From Deferrisomatales bacterium (lineage in GTDB: Bacteria > Desulfobacterota > Deferrisomatia > Deferrisomatales > JACRMM01): a stretch of DNA of 11,123 nucleotides. The position numbers and the translations under genes are program-made. The notes beneath the pieces were generated by a model. It saw nothing but the letters and a program-made list of their open reading frames with translations, had not been told where the DNA came from and searched no databases. Numbering within the stretch: the stretch's first letter is position 1; every line of letters starts with the position of its first letter. Shown here one piece after another: positions 1-5,841 of the stretch. Where the stretch lies: contig JAWSUI010000086.1 in the NCBI GenBank assembly GCA_033551855.1, forward strand, positions 1 through 11,123, written 5' to 3'.

Positions 1-108
1 ACTCCCCGCCCTGTCGCCGTTCCCTGAATGTTGCCCTGCGGCATCGTTCCCCTCGGGAAGGCCCGTCTTTAATGCATTTTTAACAAAACGCGGGTCGCCT
101 TCGGTTTC

Positions 109-124
109 TGGCACACGGGTTGCT
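109..124 (+). promoter_or_regulatory. Sigma-54 (RpoN) -24/-12 promoter
   Basis: TGGCAC-acggg-TTGCT matches the consensus TGGCAC-N5-TTGCW exactly (GG at 110-111, GC at 122-123). It is preceded by an AT-rich patch (68-88) in otherwise very GC-rich DNA and lies about 75 nt before the first gene. Confidence 0.88.
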
Positions 125-198
125 TCTAAGGGGGGCGAAGCGCGGGGGCTGTGAGGTTGGGCACAAGGGCAGGTGTGAGAGAACCCGGGAGGCAGGCG

Positions 199-1197
199 GT
201 GAAGAGGAACGGTCGGCACGGGGGGAGCACGGTTCGAGGAGTCGCCTTGGCGGCGGTTCTCGGCCTCTGCCTCGCGAGCCCGGGGGCGGCGAACCAGGGC
301 GAGGGCGAGGCCCGGCCCGTAATCACGGCATCCTACCTCTACAGCCTGTCCGACTTCACCGGCACGCTCCCCTTCACCTGGGTCCGGGTCTCGGTGGACG
401 ACCTCCGGAACGAGGTCTACGTGGCCGAATCCGGGTCGGTCTCGATCTTCAACGAGGCCGGGATGGAGATCTACCGGTTCGGCGAGGACGAGCGGCTGGG
501 CCAGGTGCTCGACGTGGCGGCGCTGGCGAGCGGCGACCTGCTACTGCTGACCCATCAGGGGCACGATTCCACGCCCTCTCTCGTCCGGTGCGACTATCGG
601 GGCGGCTTCCTCGAGCGGCGGCCTCTCGCGGGCCTCCCGTCGGAGTGGGAGGGTTCCCGAGGGTTTCGGCCTACCCGCATGGTGCTCCGGGGCGAGACCC
701 TCTACCTGGCCGACCTCTCGGGGATGCGGGTCGCCGTGGCCGACGCGGCGGGCGCGGTGCGCGAGACCGTGAGCCTGGGGCCGAAGCTCCAGATGACCGG
801 GCAGCAGGTGGGCGACTCCGGGCTGGGGGGGTTCGACGCCGGCCACGACGGCACCCTGTACTTCACCGTGCCCACCCAGTTCCGGGCCTTCCGGATGGCG
901 CCCGGACGAGAGCCCGAGGGGTTCGGGCAGGCGGGGAGCTCGCCGGGCAGGTTCGGGGTCATCGCCGGCATCGCCGCCGACCGCAACGGCACCCTGTACG
1001 TGGTCGACACCCTCAAGTGTGCCGTCATGGCCTTCGGGGCCGACCTTGAGTTCGCCACCGAGTTCGGGTACCGCAGCTTTCGCCGGCCCGAGGGGCTCAT
1101 CGCACCCAAGGAGGCCACGGTAGCCGACAACGGCCGGCTCTACGTCACCCAGCAGGCCCGGAAGGGGGTGAGCGTCTTCCGGGTGGGCGTCAACTGA
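199..1197 (+). CDS. Secreted NHL-repeat / 6-bladed beta-propeller protein, resembling the gene found upstream of omcS in Geobacter
   Basis: Hydrophobic signal segment VALAAVLGLCLASPGAA. NHL-like blades: EVYVAESGSVSIF, LYLADLSGMRVAV, GIAADRNGTLYVVDT, VADNGRLYVTQ. Start placed at GTG 199 because GGGAGG (187-192) precedes it; the ORF track starts at 151. Confidence 0.85.
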   Translation: MKRNGRHGGSTVRGVALAAVLGLCLASPGAANQGEGEARPVITASYLYSLSDFTGTLPFTWVRVSVDDLRNEVYVAESGSVSIFNEAGMEIYRFGEDERLGQVLDVAALASGDLLLLTHQGHDSTPSLVRCDYRGGFLERRPLAGLPSEWEGSRGFRPTRMVLRGETLYLADLSGMRVAVADAAGAVRETVSLGPKLQMTGQQVGDSGLGGFDAGHDGTLYFTVPTQFRAFRMAPGREPEGFGQAGSSPGRFGVIAGIAADRNGTLYVVDTLKCAVMAFGADLEFATEFGYRSFRRPEGLIAPKEATVADNGRLYVTQQARKGVSVFRVGVN

Positions 1198-1230
1198 GGC
1201 TGAGGCGCGGGAGGCGCACCGGCATCATCA

Positions 1231-1257
1231 CAACCGAGGCAACCGAGGCAACCGGGG
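1231..1257 (+). repeat. Short tandem repeat, 3 x 9 bp (CAACCGAGG, CAACCGAGG, CAACCGGGG)
   Basis: Directly visible in the 304-bp intergenic leader. A second direct repeat, GCAGCACCG, occurs at 1321-1329 and 1337-1345. Confidence 0.8.
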
Positions 1258-1388
1258 CCCGTCGCTCGAAACCGCGATCCACCGGGGGAAAAGGAGGGGA
1301 GAAGACACCGCGAAGCGGAAGCAGCACCGGAGCAACGCAGCACCGAGTTGGTTACACAGGCGAGAACGGTCACGGAAGACGCACATCA

Positions 1389-1474
1389 TCCTCCGAGAAG
1401 GGCAAACCCGCCGCGAGGCGGGGGCGCAACGCCGACGGGCCTCCCCCCGGGGAGGCGGCCGGGCTGCCGGAGGA
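1389..1474 (+). ncRNA. GEMM-I (c-di-GMP-I class) cyclic dinucleotide riboswitch aptamer
   Basis: P1 is TCCTCCG (1389-1395) pairing with CGGAGGA (1468-1474). P2 is GGGCAAACCCGCC-GCGA-GGCGGGGGCGC with a GNRA tetraloop. The junction is GCAAC-GCC, and P3 ends in GCCGGGCTGCCG. Ligand-contact equivalents (Vc2 numbering): G20=1401, A47=1428, C92=1467. It sits directly upstream of the omcS-like gene. Confidence 0.9.
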
Positions 1475-1501
1475 ACCACCAACCCCACACGGGAGGATGA
1501 G

Positions 1502-2752
1502 ATGAGGATTCGCAGCTTCACCCTGGCCCTCGCGGCCGCAGGCATCCTGTCCCTGGGTCTGGCCTCCACCGGCCTGGCCCTCCACGACGGCGGCGTCGCC
1601 CGGTGCGAGGCCTGCCACACCATGCACAACTCCCACAACGGTGCGATCCACGACGCCGATTTGATCGCCCAGTTCACCACCGGCCCCATGCTCCTCAAGG
1701 GCTCCGACGCGAGCTCCGCCTGCCTGAACTGCCACGCCAGCACAACGTTGTCCAGCTACCGGGTCCTCACCACCGGGCTGAGCCCAGAAGGCATTCCCGC
1801 CCAGCGCACCCCCGGCGGCGACTTCGCGTTCCTGCTCGTCGGCACGAGCGCTGAGAGAAAGTCCATGCGGGGCCACAACGTCATCGCCCTCGACAGCGGC
1901 CTAGCCGCGGACACCCGTGATGGTATGGCGACCGGCCCCGGCGGCGACTACCCCAATGCGGACCTCGGCTGCCACAGCTGCCACGACCCCCACGGCAAGT
2001 ACCGGGTGGACGCGGACGGCAACGTGAGCACCACCGGCCTGCCGATCTCGAAGTACGGCTCCTACGGCGAAGGTAACTCCGCATACGCCCCCACCGGGAC
2101 CGCCGCGGTCGGCGCCTACCGCATCCTGGCCGGCACGGGCTACCTGCCCAAGTCCCTGGAAGATACCCCGGGTCTGGCCTTCGTGAACCAGGTCCCCATG
2201 GCTCTGACCAAGAGCACCTACAACGTGGCGAACACGGACACCAAGGTGGCCTACGGCTCGGGCATGAGCGAGTGGTGCGCCAACTGCCACGGCCAGATCT
2301 ACAACGACAATTATCCCACCCACCTGCGGCACCCCTCGGGCGACGCGGCGAAGCTGCCCTCGGCCATCGTCGCCAACTACAACGCCTACGTGAAGTCCGG
2401 CGACATGACCGGCACCTTCGATACGGCCTACTGGACCCTGGTCCCCTTCGAGAAGGGCCTGGGCTTCGCCGACCGCGATACCCTGGCGGGCTTCCTGACC
2501 ACCGACGAGACCAAGGGCGCGGCCGCCACCGACAACGTGATGTGCCTCTCCTGCCACCGCGTCCACGCCAGCGCCTTCGACCACATGCTGCGCTGGGACG
2601 ACTCGAAGAACCTGGTGGCGAGCGGCGGAGCGTACCCGGAATCGGGCGGCCTCACAGTCGAGCAGATCCAGGCCGGCTACTACGGCAAGCCGGCGACGGA
2701 TTTCGCCACCTACCAGCGCTCGCTCTGCAACAAGTGCCACGCGAAGGACTGA
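1502..2752 (+). CDS. omcS: OmcS-family hexaheme c-type cytochrome (probable major nanowire subunit), 416 aa
   Basis: Sec signal peptide, then LHDGGVARCEACHTMHNS. Six CxxCH: CEACH, CLNCH, CHSCH, CANCH, CLSCH, CNKCH. OmcS hallmark segments: AQFTTGPMLL, TPGGDF, CHDPHGKYR, GMSEWCANCH, YQRSLCNKCHAKD. SD GGGAGG at 1491-1496. The family is secure; orthology to omcS versus omcT is inferred from position. Confidence 0.93.
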   Translation: MRIRSFTLALAAAGILSLGLASTGLALHDGGVARCEACHTMHNSHNGAIHDADLIAQFTTGPMLLKGSDASSACLNCHASTTLSSYRVLTTGLSPEGIPAQRTPGGDFAFLLVGTSAERKSMRGHNVIALDSGLAADTRDGMATGPGGDYPNADLGCHSCHDPHGKYRVDADGNVSTTGLPISKYGSYGEGNSAYAPTGTAAVGAYRILAGTGYLPKSLEDTPGLAFVNQVPMALTKSTYNVANTDTKVAYGSGMSEWCANCHGQIYNDNYPTHLRHPSGDAAKLPSAIVANYNAYVKSGDMTGTFDTAYWTLVPFEKGLGFADRDTLAGFLTTDETKGAAATDNVMCLSCHRVHASAFDHMLRWDDSKNLVASGGAYPESGGLTVEQIQAGYYGKPATDFATYQRSLCNKCHAKD

Positions 2753-2793
2753 GCGGGGCCGGGGCGTGAGCTCCCTTCCCTCTGCGTGAGGAC

Positions 2794-2833
2794 GGGAGGG
2801 GCCGGGTCGTCCGGCCCCTCCCCTTCCTTTTTT
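2794..2833 (+). terminator. Intrinsic terminator-like / mRNA-stabilising hairpin after the first cytochrome
   Basis: 12-bp perfect stem GGGAGGGGCCGG (2794-2805) / CCGGCCCCTCCC (2811-2822), followed by CTTCC and T6 (2828-2833). Confidence 0.75.
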
Positions 2834-2892
2834 CGGGTTTTCGGCAGGTTTTGGCGGTCACGGACGAGAAGCGGGGCGGCGGGGAGGGTCCG

Positions 2893-4128
2893 ATGGGTTC
2901 GAGACGAAGAGCCATTCTGAGCCGGGGCCTCGCGGTGGCGCTCGCGGCGGCGGCCGCGGTGGGGGCCCTCGGGGCAGGCGGCCTGGCCCACGGGTTCCAC
3001 TTCGGCGGGGTCGGCGAGTGCGCCGGGTGCCACACCATGCACAACTCCCTGGGGGGGGAGCGGATGACGGTGAACGACCTGCCCGCCGGCACGGCCAACC
3101 CGTACCTGCTGCGGGGGTCCGACGCCAGCTCCACCTGCCTGGTCTGCCACCACACCACCGCGACCACGCCACAGACCTACCACGTGAGCAGCCCCCGCAC
3201 CGGCGGGCCGCCCATGCCCAGCCAGATGACCCCGGGGGGCGACTTCGGGTGGGGGGCGGCCGGGCCGTCGGGGCAGCCTCCCATCTACCAGAGGGCCCAC
3301 AGCATCGTCGCGGCCGACTTCGGGTACGGGCCCGACACCACCCTGACCCGGGCGCCCGGGGGCACCTACTCCCGCGACGACCTGAGCTGCGTGAGCTGCC
3401 ACGACCCCCACGGCCGGTACCGGCATCTGCCGGGCACCGGCGAACAGGCGCTGACCGGGGCACCGATCCGCGAGTCGGGGTCCTACGGGGCCGAGCCCGA
3501 CGCCGCCTCGGCGGTGGGGGTGTACCGGCTCCTGGGCGGGGTCGGGTACCGGCCCCGGGCCGTGGCCGGCGAGCTGGCGTTCGCCGGCGCCGCGCCCGTG
3601 GCGGTCTCGCCCGAGGACTACAACCGGGCCGAGTCCGAGTCCGACACCCGGGTGGCCTACGGCCTGGGCATGTCGGAGTGGTGCCAGAACTGCCACGGTC
3701 TGATGCACAGCGACGACTACCCCGGCTACCCCGGCAACTTCCGCCACCCGGCGGGCAACCACGCCAAGCTCGGGGCCCGGATCGCCGCCAACTACAACCG
3801 CTACGACCTGCGCACGGGCGCCGTGGACGCCGACGGCTCCCAGGCGTACACGTCCCTCGTGCCCTTCGAGAGGGGCACCGCCGACCGCGCCGAGCTCCTG
3901 GCCGCCACGGAGTCCACCGCGGGTCCCACCACCGGGAGCGAGAACGTGGCCTGCGTGAGCTGCCACCGGGCCCACGCCTCGGCCTTCGCCGACCTGGGGC
4001 GGTGGAATTTCAACGCCGTTCTGCTCACCCAGCCGGGGTTCTTCGCCAAGTACTACTACGACCGGCCCGCGAGCTACTTCGGGCCCTTCCAGCGGTCCCT
4101 CTGCAGCAAGTGCCACGTGAGGGACTGA
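2893..4128 (+). CDS. OmcS/OmcT-family hexaheme c-type cytochrome, paralog 2 (411 aa)
   Basis: ATG 2893 follows GGAGGG. Signal peptide, then FHFGGVGECAGCHTMHNSLGG. Six CxxCH: CAGCH, CLVCH, CVSCH, CQNCH, CVSCH, CSKCH. Ends FQRSLCSKCHVRD. Confidence 0.92.
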   Translation: MGSRRRAILSRGLAVALAAAAAVGALGAGGLAHGFHFGGVGECAGCHTMHNSLGGERMTVNDLPAGTANPYLLRGSDASSTCLVCHHTTATTPQTYHVSSPRTGGPPMPSQMTPGGDFGWGAAGPSGQPPIYQRAHSIVAADFGYGPDTTLTRAPGGTYSRDDLSCVSCHDPHGRYRHLPGTGEQALTGAPIRESGSYGAEPDAASAVGVYRLLGGVGYRPRAVAGELAFAGAAPVAVSPEDYNRAESESDTRVAYGLGMSEWCQNCHGLMHSDDYPGYPGNFRHPAGNHAKLGARIAANYNRYDLRTGAVDADGSQAYTSLVPFERGTADRAELLAATESTAGPTTGSENVACVSCHRAHASAFADLGRWNFNAVLLTQPGFFAKYYYDRPASYFGPFQRSLCSKCHVRD

Positions 4129-4195
4129 GATGCGCGCCGCGAGGGAGTGCGACCGAGGGAACGGGAGCCGGGGAGCGCCGGGAGGGAGGGCGACC

Positions 4196-5581
4196 ATGGG
4201 CGCGAGCAAGAGCGTGAAGGTGTTCCTGGCCGCCGGGCTCGCCGTCTGGGCGTTGGGGGCGGCCCCGGGGAGCGTGCGGCAGGCGCAGGCCTACACCGAT
4301 TACTACCAGACGGGAGTCGCCACCTGCAACGACTGCCACGTGGGGCAGGGGTACGGCTTCCACCGGGGCGGAGTGGCCCGGTGCAACGGCTGCCACACCA
4401 TGCACAACTCGCAAAACGGCACCCTCATGACCTACAACCGGGGCGGGTCGGTGGGCTCGTCCTTCCCGTCGCTCCTGCGGGCCAGCGACCCCACCTCGGT
4501 GTGCCTGTACTGCCACCATAACAACGCCGGGCACCGGGACGAGCGGATCGACATCATCGTGAGCACCTTCCCCACCCCGGCGAACCTGACCCCGGGGGGG
4601 GACTTCGGGTGGCTCAAGAAGAACTATGCCTGGTCCGGCGGGGCGAGCCCCGGGGCGGCCCACGGCCACAACGTGGTGGGCCAAGACTTCGGGTACACGG
4701 CCGACCCGCGCTTCACCGAGGGCCCGGGGGGCGCCTACCCGGCGGCGACCCTCTCCTGCGTGAGCTGTCACGACCCCCACGGCCGGTACCGCCGGCTCGG
4801 CGACGGCTCGGAGATTCCCGAGGGGGTGAGGATCCGAAGCTCCGGTTCCTCGGGCCAGGCGCCCGGGAGCTACGCGGTGGGCTCGTACCGCCTCCTGGCC
4901 GGGGCGGGGTACGCCACCTCCCAGGCCCCGGAACACGCCTTCGTGCACCGCACGCCGGTGGCCGTGCTGCCGAGCTACCCGGTGAACGAGGACTGGGACA
5001 CGGGCAGTACCTGGCGTGACACGGTGAACCGCTCCGAGGCCGTCTCGGACACCCGGGTGGGCTACGGCACGGGCATGGCGGAGTGGTGCGCCAACTGCCA
5101 CGCGGCGATCCACAACCCCAGCTACCCGGCAAACCTCCGGCACCCGGCGGGGAGCACCGCCCAGCTCGGCTCGGCCATCGCGGCCAATTACAACGCCTAT
5201 GTGAAGACCGGCGACCTCTCCGGCTCGGAGGCCGCGTCGTTCACCTCGCTGGTCCCCTTCGAGACGGGCCAGACCGACCTGGCGCTCCTCCAGTCGCTGG
5301 CCACGAGCTCCACGGCCGGCCCCCAGGCCGACGCCAACGTGAGCTGCCTCACCTGCCACCGGGCCCACGCCTCGGGCTGGGACAGCATCGGCAGGTGGAA
5401 CTTCCAGACGACCTTCGTCACCTACGCCGGAAACTGGCCCGGCACCGACGGGGGAGACCCCGAGGAAACCCACCAGGGCCGCACCCGGGCGGAGACCCGG
5501 CTGGCCTATTACGACCGTCCCCCGACGCGGTTCGCGACCTACCAGCGGTCGCTGTGCAACAAGTGCCACGTGAAGGACTAG
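4196..5581 (+). CDS. OmcS-family cytochrome, paralog 3, with seven CxxCH motifs (461 aa)
   Basis: ATG 4196 follows GGAGGGAGGG (4181-4190). Signal peptide ends AQA. Motifs: CNDCH, CNGCH, CLYCH, CVSCH, CANCH, CLTCH, CNKCH. Contains TPGGDFGWLKK and YQRSLCNKCHVKD. Confidence 0.92.
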   Translation: MGASKSVKVFLAAGLAVWALGAAPGSVRQAQAYTDYYQTGVATCNDCHVGQGYGFHRGGVARCNGCHTMHNSQNGTLMTYNRGGSVGSSFPSLLRASDPTSVCLYCHHNNAGHRDERIDIIVSTFPTPANLTPGGDFGWLKKNYAWSGGASPGAAHGHNVVGQDFGYTADPRFTEGPGGAYPAATLSCVSCHDPHGRYRRLGDGSEIPEGVRIRSSGSSGQAPGSYAVGSYRLLAGAGYATSQAPEHAFVHRTPVAVLPSYPVNEDWDTGSTWRDTVNRSEAVSDTRVGYGTGMAEWCANCHAAIHNPSYPANLRHPAGSTAQLGSAIAANYNAYVKTGDLSGSEAASFTSLVPFETGQTDLALLQSLATSSTAGPQADANVSCLTCHRAHASGWDSIGRWNFQTTFVTYAGNWPGTDGGDPEETHQGRTRAETRLAYYDRPPTRFATYQRSLCNKCHVKD

Positions 5582-5589
5582 GCTCGAAC

Positions 5590-5613
5590 CGCCAAGACGC
5601 CAAGGGCGCCAAG
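5590..5613 (+). repeat. Triple CGCCAAG short direct repeat
   Basis: CGCCAAG at 5590-5596, 5598-5604 and 5607-5613, immediately after the paralog-3 stop codon. Confidence 0.7.
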
Positions 5614-5646
5614 GTTGGTTCCGTCGGTCGCGAATCACGGGCTAGT

Positions 5647-5696
5647 TCCTCCCCCTTCAAGGGGGAGGACAGGAGGGGGATGGGGTTTCTGAAGGG
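5647..5696. repeat. Extragenic palindrome with G-rich tail (BoxC / potential-intrastrand-triplex-like), copy 1
   Basis: TCCTCCCCCT-TCA-AGGGGGAGGA 10-bp stem, followed by the purine tail CAGGAGGGGGATGGGG and TTTCTGAAGGG. Confidence 0.7.
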
Positions 5697-5774
5697 CAGG
5701 GGAGGAAAGTGGGCTGGGCAAGGGTAAGCCCCAGTAGAAACGGCGCCAACGGTTGCGGGATTCCATTCAGGTCG

Positions 5775-5783
5775 TGCTAGAAT
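5775..5783 (+). promoter_or_regulatory. Possible sigma-70 extended -10 element (internal promoter for accessory genes)
   Basis: TGcTAGAAT about 60 nt upstream of the ATG at 5842. A weak -35-like TTGCGG lies at 5753-5758 with a long, 19-nt spacer. Confidence 0.4.
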
Positions 5784-5799
5784 TCACTGGTCGTGACCC

Positions 5800-5830
5800 A
5801 AGGGGCCGGCGCGAGCTGGCCCCTTTTCTT
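5800..5830 (+). terminator. Terminator-like hairpin directly upstream of the YVTN gene RBS
   Basis: GGGGCCGGC-GCGA-GCTGGCCCC stem (one G-U pair) with a GNRA loop, followed by TTTTCTT. Confidence 0.6.
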
Positions 5831-5841
5831 GAGAGGGAGAG

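Noticed and set aside
68..88. AT-rich tract as a defined IHF site
   Set aside because: The position is suitable, but there is no good match to WATCAANNNNTTR on either strand.
1231..1345. Short repeats as a CRISPR array
   Set aside because: Units are only 9 bp, there are no spacers of CRISPR length, and no cas genes are present.
2893..2925. SRRR in the paralog-2 signal peptide as a Tat motif
   Set aside because: It lacks the F-L-K part of S-R-R-x-F-L-K, c-type cytochromes are normally Sec-exported before heme attachment, and Arg-rich n-regions are common at high GC.
4126..4196. Readthrough or frameshift fusion of paralogs 2 and 3 (TGA-G-ATG), or a start at 4130
   Set aside because: The frames differ, and paralog 3 has its own SD and signal peptide from 4196. 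Paralog 2 ends at the family's conserved C-terminus, so there is no reason to invoke selenocysteine.
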